From: Deltaproteobacteria bacterium RBG_16_64_85
GTDB taxonomy: Bacteria; Desulfobacterota; Deferrimicrobia; Deferrimicrobiales; Deferrimicrobiaceae
Assembly (NCBI GenBank): GCA_001798885.1
Contig: MGQW01000086.1
Location: forward strand, 7,079-71,078
DNA: 64,000 nt
Direction of reading: 5' to 3'
The notes below the pieces were generated by a model. That model saw only the letters and a list, made by a program, of their open reading frames with translations. It did not search any database and was not told the DNA's origin. Position numbers and translations under genes: made by a program. Positions within the stretch are counted from its first letter, which is position 1, and every line of letters begins with the position of its first letter. Positions 40,882 to 52,206 of this stretch are shown here, piece after piece.

Positions 40882-41787
40882 GTGCGAAGAGCATTGAAAA
40901 CCCGAATTTCAGAACTCCGTGCGCGATGCGAGCAGTCGTTCGAGTCGCTCCGGAGCTGCCGGCTCTGCCCGCGGGTCTGCGGTGTCGACCGTTTGGCCGG
41001 GGAGGTCGGGTTCTGCGGTGCGGACGGCGGCGCCACGGTGGCCGCCGTCTCCGTGCACCACGGCGAGGAGCCCCCGATCTCGGGCGTCCGGGGCTCGGGC
41101 ACGGTGTTCTTCAGTCACTGCAACATGACGTGCCTCTTCTGCCAGAACTATCCGATCAGCCAAATGGGCGTGGGAAAGCGGATGACAACAGGGGAACTCG
41201 GTGACCGCCTCCTGTTGCTGGAGAGGAAAGGGGTTCACAACGTCAACTTCGTGACGCCGACACCCCACGTGCCGCAGCTCATCGGCGCGATCCTGGCCGC
41301 CAGGGAAAAGGGATTCTCGCTTCCCGTCGTCTACAACACCGGCGGCTACGATTCGATGGAGGCGCTCTCCCTCCTGGATGGGGTCGTCGACATCTACCTG
41401 CCGGACATGAAGTACCGGTCGGAGGAGCTGTCGGGCCGGGCGTCCGGGGCACCCGATTACGGGATCCACAATCTCCGGGCCATCGCGGAAATGCTGCGCC
41501 AGGTCGGTCCCCTGCAAAAAGGCAGGAACGGGTTCGCAAGCCAGGGCGTGCTCATCCGGCACCTGGTCCTTCCGGAGAGGGGGGAAGAGACGGAGCGGGT
41601 ACTGGCGTTTCTCCGCAGGGAATACGGAAGGCGCATCCCGATCTCCCTGATGGGGCAGTATTTCCCGGCCCACCGTGCAAAGGGCGTGGCGGGCTTCGGA
41701 CGAAAACTTTCGGTGGACGAATACGGACGCGCCATCGAGGCCGCGCAGCGGCTGGACCTCACCAACGTGTTCATCCAGGAGATCTAG
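40882..41787 (+). CDS. Radical SAM protein, PflX-like uncharacterised family
   Basis: [10 protein letters not shown] (CxxxCxxC), N-terminal CRLCPRVC...[43 protein letters not shown]. Confidence 0.9.
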   Translation: MRRALKTRISELRARCEQSFESLRSCRLCPRVCGVDRLAGEVGFCGADGGATVAAVSVHHGEEPPISGVRGSGTVFFSHCNMTCLFCQNYPISQMGVGKRMTTGELGDRLLLLERKGVHNVNFVTPTPHVPQLIGAILAAREKGFSLPVVYNTGGYDSMEALSLLDGVVDIYLPDMKYRSEELSGRASGAPDYGIHNLRAIAEMLRQVGPLQKGRNGFASQGVLIRHLVLPERGEETERVLAFLRREYGRRIPISLMGQYFPAHRAKGVAGFGRKLSVDEYGRAIEAAQRLDLTNVFIQEI

Positions 41788-44700
41788 TGCCCAAACGGAC
41801 GGACATCCGGAAGATCATGCTGATCGGCTCCGGGCCGATCATCATCGGCCAGGCCTGCGAGTTCGACTATTCCGGGACGCAGGCGTGCAAGGCCCTCAAG
41901 GAGGAAGGGTACACGGTCGTGCTCGTGAACAGCAACCCGGCGACGATCATGACCGACATGGAATTCGCCGACCGCACCTACATCGAGCCGATCACCCCCG
42001 AAATGGTCGGGAAGATCATCGCGCGCGAGCGGCCGGACGCCCTCCTGCCGACGATCGGCGGGCAGACGGGCCTGAACATCGCCGTGTCTCTCCATGAAAT
42101 GGGGATCCTGCAGAAATACGGCGTCGATCTCATCGGCGCGAGCTTCGATGCGATCCAGAAGGCCGAGGATCGCGACCAGTTCCGGAGGGCGATGGAGAAG
42201 CTCGGTTTGATCGTGCCGCGCTCGGGATACGTCAAGTCGCTGGAGGAGGCGCTCAAGATCATTCCGGAAATCGGCTACCCGGCCATCCTTCGTCCTTCCT
42301 TTACCCTCGGAGGGACGGGCGCCGGCATCGCATACAACCGGGAGGAGTACGAGGACGCGATCCGCTGGGCACTGGACGCATCCCCGAAGCGCACGGTCCT
42401 GGTCGAGCAGTCCGTCATCGGCTGGAAGGAGTTCGAGCTCGAGGTGATGCGCGACCTCAAGGACAACGTGGTCATCATCTGCTCGATCGAGAACCTCGAC
42501 CCGATGGGCGTTCATACCGGGGACTCCATCACCGTGGCCCCCGCGCAGACGCTGACCGACAAGGAGTACCAGTTGATGCGAAACGCTGCGCTGCGCATCA
42601 TCCGGGAGATCGGCGTCGACACGGGGGGGAGCAACATCCAGTTCGCCGTCCATCCCGACACGGGAGAGATGGTGGTGATCGAGATGAACCCGCGCGTGTC
42701 CCGCTCCTCGGCCCTGGCCTCCAAGGCGACCGGGTTCCCGATCGCCAAGATCGCCGCGAAACTCGCCGTCGGCTATTCCCTCGACGAGATCCGCAACGAC
42801 ATCACGAGGGAGACGCCGGCCTCCTTCGAGCCGACGATCGACTACGTGGTGACGAAGATTCCGCGCTTCACCTTCGAGAAGTTTCCCCAGACGCAGGACC
42901 TCCTGGGCACGCAAATGAAGTCGGTGGGGGAGGTGATGGCGATCGGGCGGACCTTCAAGGAGTCGCTCCAGAAAGCGCTCCGATCTCTCGAGATCGGCGT
43001 GTACGGGTTCGAGGAGGTACTTCCCACCGACGCAACGAGCGCTTCCTCCCGCCGGAAGATCATCGAGGAGAAGCTTCGGAAGCCCAATTCGCAGCGGCTC
43101 CTCTACATCGGGGAAGCGATCCGGGAAGGCCGGAAGGTCGAGGAAATCTCCCGGATCACCGGGATCGACGTCTGGTTTCTCGAAAACATCCGGCAGATCA
43201 TCGCAGCGGAGAGCGAACTCCGCGGCGATGCCGCAGAGCTGCGCTCCGCGGCGGGCCGGACAGACGTCCCCCCGGAGGCCGGGTCGCTGTTGGCGCGAGC
43301 CAAGTCGTTCGGATTTTCCGACCGGCGCCTGGGAAAACTCGCGGGGATCGGCGAGGACGCGGTCCGGAGGCTACGCCTGCGCGCGGGTTTGAAGCCGGCA
43401 TTCAAAAGGGTCGACACCTGCGGCGCGGAGTTCGAGGCCTTCACGCCTTATCTCTATTCGTCCTATGACGCGGAGGACGAGGCGCGGCCCACCGGCAGGA
43501 AGAAGATCGTCATCCTGGGGGGCGGCCCCAACCGGATCGGCCAGGGGATCGAATTTGACTACTGCTGCGTGCACGGTTCCTTTGCGCTCCGGGAAGAGGG
43601 GTTCGAGACGATCATGGTCAACTGCAACCCCGAGACCGTCTCCACCGACTACGACACCTCCGACCGCCTCTACTTCGAGCCGCTCACCAAGGAGGACGTC
43701 CTCGCCATCATCGAGGAGGAGAAACCGGAAGGCGTCATCGTCCAGTTCGGCGGGCAGACCCCCTTAAAACTCGCGGTTCCCCTGGAAAAGGAAGGAGTGC
43801 CGATCCTGGGGACCTCCCCGGACAGCATCGACCGTGCCGAGGACCGGGAACGGTTCAAGGATCTGCTGGACCTCCTCAAGCTTCGGCAGCCCCCGAACGG
43901 GATCGCCCGCTCCATGGTGGCGGCGGTGGGGATCGCGTCGAGGATCGGCTACCCGGTGCTCCTCCGTCCGTCGTACGTCCTGGGCGGCAGGGCGATGGAG
44001 ATCGTCCACGACGAAGAGGGGCTGCGGAAATACCTCACCCATGCGGTGCGAGCGTCCGAGGAACGGCCGGTCCTCATCGACAAGTTCCTGGAGGACGCCA
44101 TCGAGATCGACGTCGACTCGATCGCGGACGGGGACACGGTGGTCATCGGGGGGATCATGGAGCACATCGAGGAGGCGGGGGTCCACTCGGGGGATTCCGC
44201 CTGCTCCCTGCCGCCGCACTCCATCTCCGGGGAGGCTGTTCGGGAGATCGCTCGACAGACGAAGGCGCTCGCGAAGGAGCTCCGCGTCGTGGGGCTGATG
44301 AACGTCCAGTTCGCCATCCAGAAAGGGGAGATTTACATCCTGGAGGTGAACCCCCGCGCTTCGCGCACCATCCCGTTCGTCAGCAAGGCGATCGGGGTGC
44401 CGCTGGCCAAGCTCGCGGCGAAGGTGATGGCGGGGAGGAAGCTCGAGGATCTGGGATTCACGGAAGACGTGACCCCGCTGCACATCAGCGTCAAGGAATC
44501 GGTGTTCCCCTTCATCAAGTTCCCCGACGTGGACACGATCCTGGGCCCCGAGATGAAATCGACGGGCGAGGTGATGGGGATCGACACGAATTTCGGCAAG
44601 GCGTTCGCGAAGGCACAGATTGCCGCGGGGATGATGCTCCCCCGGGCCGGCAAGGCGTTCATCAGCGTGAGGGACGAAGACAAGAACGGGGTCCTTCCGG

Positions 44701-45044
44701 CAGCTCGGATGCTTCACGAGGCGGGTTTCAACATCGTTGCGACGGGCGGAACGGCGGAATTTCTGACCCGTAACGCCATCCCCGCGGAAACCGTCCTCAA
44801 GATCAACGAAGGGCGTCCCCACGTCGCCGACCTGATCAAGAACGGGGAGATCGCACTGGTGATCAACACGCCGCTCGGCGCGCAGTCCAAGGCCGACTCG
44901 TTCTACATCCGGCGCACGGCACTCGTTTACAACATCCCGTACTTCACGACGCTTGCCGCTGCGCGGGCGGTGGCACACGCCATCTCTCACCTCATCCGGG
45001 AAGACCTCTCCGTCCGCAGCCTGCAAGAGTACCACGGCCGATAA
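41787..45044 (+). CDS. carB: Carbamoyl-phosphate synthase large subunit
   Basis: [59 protein letters not shown]-terminal MGS-like domain. Confidence 0.99.
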   Translation: MPKRTDIRKIMLIGSGPIIIGQACEFDYSGTQACKALKEEGYTVVLVNSNPATIMTDMEFADRTYIEPITPEMVGKIIARERPDALLPTIGGQTGLNIAVSLHEMGILQKYGVDLIGASFDAIQKAEDRDQFRRAMEKLGLIVPRSGYVKSLEEALKIIPEIGYPAILRPSFTLGGTGAGIAYNREEYEDAIRWALDASPKRTVLVEQSVIGWKEFELEVMRDLKDNVVIICSIENLDPMGVHTGDSITVAPAQTLTDKEYQLMRNAALRIIREIGVDTGGSNIQFAVHPDTGEMVVIEMNPRVSRSSALASKATGFPIAKIAAKLAVGYSLDEIRNDITRETPASFEPTIDYVVTKIPRFTFEKFPQTQDLLGTQMKSVGEVMAIGRTFKESLQKALRSLEIGVYGFEEVLPTDATSASSRRKIIEEKLRKPNSQRLLYIGEAIREGRKVEEISRITGIDVWFLENIRQIIAAESELRGDAAELRSAAGRTDVPPEAGSLLARAKSFGFSDRRLGKLAGIGEDAVRRLRLRAGLKPAFKRVDTCGAEFEAFTPYLYSSYDAEDEARPTGRKKIVILGGGPNRIGQGIEFDYCCVHGSFALREEGFETIMVNCNPETVSTDYDTSDRLYFEPLTKEDVLAIIEEEKPEGVIVQFGGQTPLKLAVPLEKEGVPILGTSPDSIDRAEDRERFKDLLDLLKLRQPPNGIARSMVAAVGIASRIGYPVLLRPSYVLGGRAMEIVHDEEGLRKYLTHAVRASEERPVLIDKFLEDAIEIDVDSIADGDTVVIGGIMEHIEEAGVHSGDSACSLPPHSISGEAVREIARQTKALAKELRVVGLMNVQFAIQKGEIYILEVNPRASRTIPFVSKAIGVPLAKLAAKVMAGRKLEDLGFTEDVTPLHISVKESVFPFIKFPDVDTILGPEMKSTGEVMGIDTNFGKAFAKAQIAAGMMLPRAGKAFISVRDEDKNGVLPAARMLHEAGFNIVATGGTAEFLTRNAIPAETVLKINEGRPHVADLIKNGEIALVINTPLGAQSKADSFYIRRTALVYNIPYFTTLAAARAVAHAISHLIREDLSVRSLQEYHGR

Positions 45045-45050
45045 ACGACA

Positions 45051-47135
45051 GTGACGGACATCCCCTCCATCCAGTTCGTAAAAGGAGTGGGCCCCAGGTT
45101 TGCGGAGAGGCTGGCGTCCCGCGGGATCCGCACCCCCCAGGACGCCCTCTTTTTCTTTCCCAAAGGCTACGAGGACCGGCGGCAGCTCCTCCCGCTGCGG
45201 GCGCTCAAACCGGGCATGACCGTGCCGGTGAAGGGGACTGTCGTCGGGGTTCATGGGGGCCATCGGAAATTCGGGGGGGCAAAGGTTTTCGAGGTCGTCC
45301 TTTCCGACGGTACCGGCCGTCTTTCCGCCAAGTGGTTCCATTACCACCCCTCGCTGAAGGAAAGGTTCAAAGTCGGGGAAACCGTTATCTTCTGCGGGAC
45401 CGTCCGGTTCTTCCAGTTCCAGCCCGAAATGCATCACCCGGAGATTCTCGGGAAGGCAGAAGAGCACGACCCCGTCCACATCGGGCGGATCGTTCCAGTG
45501 TACCCGGAGGTGGAAGGGCTCCCCCCGCGCGTCCTCCGCAGGATCCAATGGGAAGTGGTCCAGCATTACGCTTCGGCCGTCAAGGAGTTCTTCCCCCGGT
45601 GGATGCTCGAGGAAGCAGGTGTCCCGCCGATCCACGAATCGCTGGCCACCCTGCATTTCCCTCCTCCCGGCGCCGACGCTTCGACGCTCCTCTCCTTCTC
45701 GTCGCCCGCGCAGCAGCGGCTCATTTTCGGGGAGCTGTTCTACATCCAGTGGGCGATGGCGAAGCGGCGGGCCGGGGTGATGAAGGAGGCGGCCATCCCC
45801 CTCCATTGGGACAAGGAGATCGTCGACGAGATCAAGCGCCGGCTCCCGTTCACGCTCACCGGCGCGCAGAGGCGGGTGGTGAACGAAATCCTGAAGGATC
45901 TGTCCAACTCCTGCCCGATGCACCGGCTCCTGCAGGGAGATGTGGGAAGCGGCAAGACGATCGTCGCGTGGATTGCCGCGCTGGTCGCCTGGAGGAAAGG
46001 CGCTCAAACCGCGCTCATGGCACCCACCGAGATTCTCGCCGAACAACACTGCCGGCGGTTCCTCACCCTTTGCCGCGGGCTGCCGGTCCGTATCGTCCTT
46101 CTCACCTCCTTCCTCACGGGGAAGCGGCGGGAAAGCCTCCGAAAGGAGATCCGGGAAGGGGAAGCGCACATCGTCATCGGAACGCATGCTCTCATCCAGG
46201 AGGGGGTCGAGTTCCACCGGCTGGGCCTCGGCATTGTGGACGAGCAGCACCGTTTCGGGGTGTTGCAGCGAGCGGCGCTCCGGGGGAAGGCGAAGACGGC
46301 GCCGCATCTCCTTGTCATGACGGCCACGCCCATCCCCCGGACCCTGGCGATGACCCTGTACGGCGACCTCGACGTCTCCGTCATCGACGAGATGCCTCCC
46401 GGCAGGACGGCGGTCGAGACGAAGGTCGTCGGGGAGGAAAATCGGAAATCCGCCTGGGCGAGGGTCCGGAAAGAGCTGGCCGAGGGGGGGAGAGTCTACA
46501 TCGTCCTGCCGCTGGTGGAGGAGTCGGAGAAGCTGACACTGCGGGACGCCACAAGGACCGCCGAGCGCGTCCGGGAGGCGTTCCCCGAGATCGGCGTCGG
46601 GCTGCTGCACGGCCGGATGAAGGCAGAGGAAAAGGACGCGGAGATGCGCCGGTTCCAGGAGGGGGAGATCCGGATCCTGGTCTCCACCACGGTCGTGGAG
46701 GTGGGGATCGACGTACCCGAGGCAACCGTAATGATGATCGAGCACGCGGAGCGGTTCGGGCTTTCCCAGCTGCACCAGCTCCGCGGCAGGGTGGGGCGGG
46801 GGACCCGACCTTCCGTCTGTTTCCTCTTCGTCGAGGGGCCTCAAGGCGAAGACGCCGTTGCGCGTCTGTCGGTGATGGAGAAGACCACGGACGGCTTCAA
46901 GATCGCGGAGGAGGACTTGAAAATCCGGGGGCCGGGCGATTTCGCCGGCGTCCGCCAGTCCGGAATCCCCGACCTCGTCTTCTCCGACATCGTCCGGGAC
47001 GCTCGGATGCTCTCCCGTTCCCGGGAGATCGCCAATGCGCTCCTGGTGCGCGACCCCGGCCTGTCGCATCCCGAGCACGCCGCCCTGGCCCGCTGGATCG
47101 CCTCGAAAGAGGCCGCGGTTCCCACCATCGGGTAG
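45051..47135 (+). CDS. recG: ATP-dependent DNA helicase RecG
   Basis: RLLQGDVGSGKT, MAPTEILAEQH, DEQHRFGV, MTATPIPRTL, QLHQLRGRVGRG, DGFKIAEEDL. Confidence 0.98.
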   Translation: MTDIPSIQFVKGVGPRFAERLASRGIRTPQDALFFFPKGYEDRRQLLPLRALKPGMTVPVKGTVVGVHGGHRKFGGAKVFEVVLSDGTGRLSAKWFHYHPSLKERFKVGETVIFCGTVRFFQFQPEMHHPEILGKAEEHDPVHIGRIVPVYPEVEGLPPRVLRRIQWEVVQHYASAVKEFFPRWMLEEAGVPPIHESLATLHFPPPGADASTLLSFSSPAQQRLIFGELFYIQWAMAKRRAGVMKEAAIPLHWDKEIVDEIKRRLPFTLTGAQRRVVNEILKDLSNSCPMHRLLQGDVGSGKTIVAWIAALVAWRKGAQTALMAPTEILAEQHCRRFLTLCRGLPVRIVLLTSFLTGKRRESLRKEIREGEAHIVIGTHALIQEGVEFHRLGLGIVDEQHRFGVLQRAALRGKAKTAPHLLVMTATPIPRTLAMTLYGDLDVSVIDEMPPGRTAVETKVVGEENRKSAWARVRKELAEGGRVYIVLPLVEESEKLTLRDATRTAERVREAFPEIGVGLLHGRMKAEEKDAEMRRFQEGEIRILVSTTVVEVGIDVPEATVMMIEHAERFGLSQLHQLRGRVGRGTRPSVCFLFVEGPQGEDAVARLSVMEKTTDGFKIAEEDLKIRGPGDFAGVRQSGIPDLVFSDIVRDARMLSRSREIANALLVRDPGLSHPEHAALARWIASKEAAVPTIG

Positions 47136-47250
47136 CGGTCCCCTTCCGCACGGAGGTCGCTGCGCTTTCCGTGCGGTCGGCACGCTCCGAGCCGGGCCCG
47201 GCGGCGCAGCCGGCAACGGTTTCGCAGGATATGGTCGCGGGAGGCCGAAA

Positions 47251-47279
47251 TTGACTTAACCGCCGCGATTTATTAGGAT
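47251..47279 (+). promoter_or_regulatory. Putative sigma70 promoter for the aminotransferase-hom-thrC operon
   Basis: TTGACT (47251-47256), 17 nt spacer, TAGGAT (47274-47279), 30 nt before the ATG. Confidence 0.7.
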
Positions 47280-47309
47280 ATCTTCTTTAATCTTTCCGGG
47301 AGAAGCCGA

Positions 47310-48515
47310 ATGGAAGAGTTCCCAAGGATCAAGCGTCTGCCACCCTACGTTTTTGCGGTGGTCACCGAGCTCAAATCGAAAATGCGCCGCGCGGGGGAGG
47401 ACGTCATCGACCTCGGGATGGGGAATCCCGACCTGGCCACTCCCAAGCACATCGTGGACAAGCTCATCGAGGCGGCAAGAAACCCCCGCAACCACCGGTA
47501 TTCCCTCTCGCGGGGGATCCCGAAGCTGCGGCAGGCCATCTGCGCGTGGTACAAGCGGAAGTACGACGTCGACCTCGACCCGGATACCGAGGCGATCGCC
47601 ACGATCGGCGCCAAGGAAGGGATTTCCCACCTCATGATGGCGATCATGGGGCCCGGGGACATCGCGATGGTGCCGAACCCCACCTATCCCATCCACGCGT
47701 ATTCGGTGATCATCGCGGGGGCCGACGTGCGCTACATATCGCTTACGAGCGGAGAGGGCGATTTCATGGACCGCGCCCAGCGCGCCATGAAGACTCTCTG
47801 GCCGAAACCGAAGGTGATGATCATCTCGTTCCCCCACAACCCGACGACGGAGGTGGTCGACCTGTCCTTTTTTAAACGTGTTGTGGCATTCACCAAGGAG
47901 CACGGGATGCTCGTGGTCCACGACCTGGCCTACGCGGACCTGGTGTTCGACGGGTACAAGGCCCCCTCCATCCTCCAGGTTCCGGGAGCGAAGGACGTGG
48001 CGGTGGAGATGTACTCGATGTCCAAGGGGTACTCCATGCCCGGCTGGCGCGTCGGGTTCGTGGTCGGGAACAAGCGGATGGTATCGGCGCTCACCCGGCT
48101 CAAGAGCTATCTCGATTACGGCATGTTCCAGGCGATCCAGGTGGCGGCCACGGTCGCGCTTAACGGACCCCACCGCGTGGTCGATGAAGCCGTCGAGGTC
48201 TACCGGAAGCGGCGCGACTGCCTGGTGGACGGCTTCGCCCGCATCGGCTGGGAATTCCCCAAGCCGAAGGGGACGATGTTCGTCTGGGCGCCCGTGCCCG
48301 AGCCGTTCGCGGCAATTGGGTCGCTCGAATTTTCCAAGCTCCTGCTGACCAAGGCCAAGGTAGCCGTCTCGCCCGGGGTGGGGTTCGGCGAGCACGGGGA
48401 GGGATTCGTCCGGTTCGCTCTCGTGGAGAACGAGCACCGGATCCGGCAGGCGATCCGCGGCGTGAAGGCTCTCCTGCAGCAGGCTCCTGCTCACGCAAAG
48501 GTCAAGGCCAAATGA
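47310..48515 (+). CDS. alaC: Class I/II PLP aminotransferase, AlaC-like
   Basis: [53 protein letters not shown]; usual hom neighbour. Confidence 0.8.
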   Translation: MEEFPRIKRLPPYVFAVVTELKSKMRRAGEDVIDLGMGNPDLATPKHIVDKLIEAARNPRNHRYSLSRGIPKLRQAICAWYKRKYDVDLDPDTEAIATIGAKEGISHLMMAIMGPGDIAMVPNPTYPIHAYSVIIAGADVRYISLTSGEGDFMDRAQRAMKTLWPKPKVMIISFPHNPTTEVVDLSFFKRVVAFTKEHGMLVVHDLAYADLVFDGYKAPSILQVPGAKDVAVEMYSMSKGYSMPGWRVGFVVGNKRMVSALTRLKSYLDYGMFQAIQVAATVALNGPHRVVDEAVEVYRKRRDCLVDGFARIGWEFPKPKGTMFVWAPVPEPFAAIGSLEFSKLLLTKAKVAVSPGVGFGEHGEGFVRFALVENEHRIRQAIRGVKALLQQAPAHAKVKAK

Positions 48516-49834
48516 TCGAAAGGCCCAAGGAAATCGGCATCGGCATCATCGGGTTCGGGACCATAGGGACCGGGACGGTGAAGCTGCTGCAGGGGAACGC
48601 GGAGCATCTGCGCCGGCGCGTGGGCGCGCCCCTCCGCATCCGGCGGATCGCCGACCTCGACATGACCCGGGACCGGGGAGTGGCGGTGCCGGAGGGGGTG
48701 CTGACCACCGACGGGTTCCAGGTCGCCCGCGACCCGGAGGTCCAGATCGTCATCGAGCTCGTCGGCGGGACCGGCGCCGCCAAGGATTTCCTCCTCGAGG
48801 CGATCCGGAACGGCAAGTCCGTCGTGACGGCAAACAAGTCGCTCCTCGCCGAGCACGGGCCCGAGATCGGCCGGGCGGCGCAGGCCGCCGGCGTGGACAT
48901 GGGGTTCGAGGCGAGCGTGGGGGGCGGGATCCCCATCATCCGGGCGATGCGGGAGGGGCTGGCCGCGAACCGCATCCGGGAGATCTACGGGATCATCAAC
49001 GGGACCTGCAACTACATCCTGAGCCGGATGACCAACGAGGGGAAGGAATACGCAGGAGTCCTGGCCGAGGCGCAGAAGATCGGACTGGCGGAAGCGGACC
49101 CTTCGTTCGACGTGGACGGCATCGACTCCGCGCACAAACTCTCCATTCTGGTGTGGCTCGCCACCGGCATGTACGTGTCGCCGAAGGAGATCTTCGTCGA
49201 GGGGATCCGCGACGTCCCGGCACTGGACATCGCCTTCGCGCGCGAATTCGGGTACGTGATCAAGCTGCTGGCAATCGCCAAGGAGAAGGGGGACGGCGTC
49301 GAGGTGCGGGTCCACCCCACGATGATCCCGTCCGATCACCTTCTGGCCACCGTCGGCGGCGCCAACAACGCGATCTACGTGAAGGGCGACTTCATCGGCT
49401 CCGCGCTGTTCTACGGCCAGGGGGCGGGGATGTATCCCACGGCCTCCGCGGTGGTGAGCGACGTCATCGAGATCGCGCGCAACCTGCGCGGAGGAGGGGT
49501 CGGCCGGATCCCCCCCAGCGGGTTCTTCCTGCACGACCCGGGGGAGAGGGCCGCGGTGTCTCCCTTCACCGACGTGCGATCCGAGTATTACCTGCGGTTC
49601 CAGGTCGTGGACAAGCCCGGCGTATTGTCCAAAATCGCCGGTGCGCTAGGGAGCCACTCCATCAGCATCTCGTCGGTCATCCAGAAGGGGAGGAAGGAAG
49701 AGAGCGCCGTTCCGATCGTCATCGTGACCCACCACGCCAGGGAAAGCGACATGCGCGCGGCGCTGACGGAGACCGACCGGCTCCCCGTCGTCCTCGACCG
49801 CACCCGCATGATCCGGATCGAAAACAACCTTTAA
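48512..49834 (+). CDS. hom: Homoserine dehydrogenase with ACT domain
   Basis: [55 protein letters not shown]. Confidence 0.97.
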   Translation: MIERPKEIGIGIIGFGTIGTGTVKLLQGNAEHLRRRVGAPLRIRRIADLDMTRDRGVAVPEGVLTTDGFQVARDPEVQIVIELVGGTGAAKDFLLEAIRNGKSVVTANKSLLAEHGPEIGRAAQAAGVDMGFEASVGGGIPIIRAMREGLAANRIREIYGIINGTCNYILSRMTNEGKEYAGVLAEAQKIGLAEADPSFDVDGIDSAHKLSILVWLATGMYVSPKEIFVEGIRDVPALDIAFAREFGYVIKLLAIAKEKGDGVEVRVHPTMIPSDHLLATVGGANNAIYVKGDFIGSALFYGQGAGMYPTASAVVSDVIEIARNLRGGGVGRIPPSGFFLHDPGERAAVSPFTDVRSEYYLRFQVVDKPGVLSKIAGALGSHSISISSVIQKGRKEESAVPIVIVTHHARESDMRAALTETDRLPVVLDRTRMIRIENNL

Positions 49835-49853
49835 GGAAAAGGACGCCCACGCG

Positions 49854-50909
49854 ATGCACTGGGAAGGGGTCATCCGCCACTATTCCGCCTTTCTTCCGCA
49901 AGTCCCGGACGACTGCGTGGTGACGCTGCTGGAAGGCAACACCCCGTTGGTGCCGGCGCCAGGCCTGGCGAGCCAGATTGCCCCCGGAACGGAGATCTTC
50001 CTGAAGTACGAGGGGCTGAATCCCACCGGGTCCTTCAAGGACCGGGGGATGACGATGGCGGTGTCGAAGGCCAAAGCCGCCGGGTCCGACTCGGTGATCT
50101 GCGCCTCCACCGGGAACACCTCGGCTTCCGCGGCGGCCTACGCGGCGCGGGCGGGGATGAAGGCGTTCGTGCTGATCCCGGAAGGACGGATCGCCCTGGG
50201 GAAGCTGTCGCAGGCGATGATCCACGGGGCGCGGGTGATCCAGATCCTGGGGAATTTCGACCAGGCTCTGACGCTGGTGAGGGAGATCTCGGGGAAGTAC
50301 CCCGTGACCCTGGTCAACTCGCTCAATCCCTACCGGATCGAGGGACAGAAGAGCGCCGCGTTCGAGATCTGCGACGCTTTGGGCGACGCCCCCGATTACC
50401 ATGTGCTCCCCGTCGGGAACGCGGGAAACATCACCGCATATTGGGCGGGCTACAAGGCCTACCGGGAGGCGGGCAGGATCGGAAAGCTCCCGAAGATGCT
50501 GGGATGGCAGGCGGAAGGCGCCGCGCCGATCGTGCGGGGCTACCCCGTCGAAAAGCCCGAAACGGTGGCCACCGCGATCCGGATCGGCAACCCGGCCTCC
50601 TGGAAGAAGGCGGAAGCCGCGCGGGACGAGTCCGGAGGGCTTATCCGGATGGTGAGCGACGCCGAAATCCTGGAGGCCTACAAGCTCGTCGCCGAGACGG
50701 AAGGAATCTTTTGCGAGCCGGCGTCGGCGGCCTCCATCGCCGGTGTGATAAAATCATCCAAGGAGTCGTTTTTCCTGAGCGGCGACCGTATCGTATGCAC
50801 GCTCACCGGGCACGGTCTGAAGGACCCGGACAACGCGATCGCGCAGTCCGTGGCCCCGGTGACCATCCCCCCCGTGATGGACGAAGTCATGAAAGTTCTT
50901 GGTTTTTAA
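49854..50909 (+). CDS. thrC: Threonine synthase (short type)
   Basis: [58 protein letters not shown]. Confidence 0.97.
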   Translation: MHWEGVIRHYSAFLPQVPDDCVVTLLEGNTPLVPAPGLASQIAPGTEIFLKYEGLNPTGSFKDRGMTMAVSKAKAAGSDSVICASTGNTSASAAAYAARAGMKAFVLIPEGRIALGKLSQAMIHGARVIQILGNFDQALTLVREISGKYPVTLVNSLNPYRIEGQKSAAFEICDALGDAPDYHVLPVGNAGNITAYWAGYKAYREAGRIGKLPKMLGWQAEGAAPIVRGYPVEKPETVATAIRIGNPASWKKAEAARDESGGLIRMVSDAEILEAYKLVAETEGIFCEPASAASIAGVIKSSKESFFLSGDRIVCTLTGHGLKDPDNAIAQSVAPVTIPPVMDEVMKVLGF

Positions 50910-50920
50910 GGAGAACCACC

Positions 50921-52156
50921 ATGCGGCGTAAGTATCTCATCCTCATCGGGGACGGCATGTCCGACTGGCCCATCGCCTCCCTCGGAAACCGGACGCCCCT
51001 GGAAGCTGCGGAAATCCCCAACCTGGATTACATGGCTTCCCACGGCGCGCTGGGGATGGTCCAGGTCGTGCCGAAGGAGATGTACCCGGGCAGCGATGTG
51101 TCGAACCTGAGCATCGTCGGCTACGATCCCCGCGAGGTATACACGGGCCGGTCCCCTCTGGAGGCCGCTTCGATGGGGATCGAACTCGGCAAGGACGACG
51201 TGGCGGTCCGCTGCAACGTCGTCGCGCTGAAGAACAACGGCGCGGATACCGAGATGGAGGATTTTTCCGCCGGCCATATCTCGTCGGCGGAGTCGGCGGA
51301 ACTCCTGAAAGTTCTCCAGGAGAAGATCGGCGGTTCGTTCCCATCGGGGGGAGGGGACGCCGGCGTCCGCTTCTTTCCGGGCGTGAGCTACCGGAACCTG
51401 ATGATCTGGCCGAACGGCAACGACGCCGTGGAGACGACCCCCCCGCACGACATCCACGGGAAGAAGATCACGGAGTACCTCCCCAGGGGGGAAGGGGCGG
51501 AAATGCTCCTCGACCTGATGGCGATTTCGCGGGAGGTGTTCGAGGACCACCCCGTCAACCGGAAGCGCCGCGCGGAGGGGAAGCTTCCGGGGAACTCCAT
51601 CTGGCTCTGGGGGCAGGGGAAGGCGCCTCGGATCACCCCCTTTACGGAAAAATACGGACTCTCGGGCTCGGTGGTCGCCGCCGTCGACCTCATCAAGGGG
51701 ATCGGGATCTATTGCGGCCTGTCGGTCATCCAGGTGCCGGGCGCCACGGGATACGTGGACACCAATTTCCGAGGGAAAGCCGAGTACGCCCTCAAGGCGC
51801 TGGAGGAGAAGGACTTCGTGCTCATCCACGTGGAAGCTCCCGACGAGGCGGGGCACAACGGAAGCGCCCCCGACAAGGTGCGCGCGATCGAGCGGATCGA
51901 CAAGGAAATGCTTTCCCTGATTCTTCCCCGCGCAAGGGACGGTGGGGACCTGGTCCTCCTCGTGCTTCCTGACCACCCCACGCCGGTCGCCATCCGGACC
52001 CACGCCCAGGAGCCGGTCCCCTTCGTATTCTATCCGGCCCCGGAAGGGATGGCCACATTCCCGGGCAAACGGTACACGGAGGCCGACGCGAGGGAAACCG
52101 GGAATTTCGTGGAGATCGGGACACGCCTGATCGGCTACCTCCTCGGCCGCGAATGA
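50921..52156 (+). CDS. apgM: Cofactor-independent phosphoglycerate mutase family protein (ApgM-like; proposed alternative homoserine kinase)
   Basis: IGDGMSD, TPLEAA, PGSDVSNL, YTGRSPLEAA, TTPPHDI, HVEAPDEAGH, PDHPTP; directly follows thrC. Confidence 0.85.
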   Translation: MRRKYLILIGDGMSDWPIASLGNRTPLEAAEIPNLDYMASHGALGMVQVVPKEMYPGSDVSNLSIVGYDPREVYTGRSPLEAASMGIELGKDDVAVRCNVVALKNNGADTEMEDFSAGHISSAESAELLKVLQEKIGGSFPSGGGDAGVRFFPGVSYRNLMIWPNGNDAVETTPPHDIHGKKITEYLPRGEGAEMLLDLMAISREVFEDHPVNRKRRAEGKLPGNSIWLWGQGKAPRITPFTEKYGLSGSVVAAVDLIKGIGIYCGLSVIQVPGATGYVDTNFRGKAEYALKALEEKDFVLIHVEAPDEAGHNGSAPDKVRAIERIDKEMLSLILPRARDGGDLVLLVLPDHPTPVAIRTHAQEPVPFVFYPAPEGMATFPGKRYTEADARETGNFVEIGTRLIGYLLGRE

Positions 52157-52206
52157 GTGCACGGTAGAGAAATCGGTGGATCAATCCGTGGAGAAAGGGG
52201 AATAGC

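Noticed and set aside
43764-47216. 1150-aa minus-strand ORF, and similar long antisense ORFs (1677-3485, 4086-6059, 10840-12933, 34092-36227)
   Set aside because: They mirror well-conserved + strand genes. High GC3 codon usage suppresses stops on the antisense frame, and the translations show no recognisable domains.
45332-47254. Long + strand alternative-frame ORFs rich in Arg/Gly/Pro (also 22977-24551, 35216-36535, 38577-39773)
   Set aside because: The composition is what shifted reading of GC-rich codons produces; there is no independent evidence of coding.
47136-47309. Possible riboswitch or T-box ahead of the threonine genes
   Set aside because: The predicted promoter lies only 30 nt from the ATG, downstream of the structured region, and no T-box, SAM or lysine riboswitch consensus is seen.
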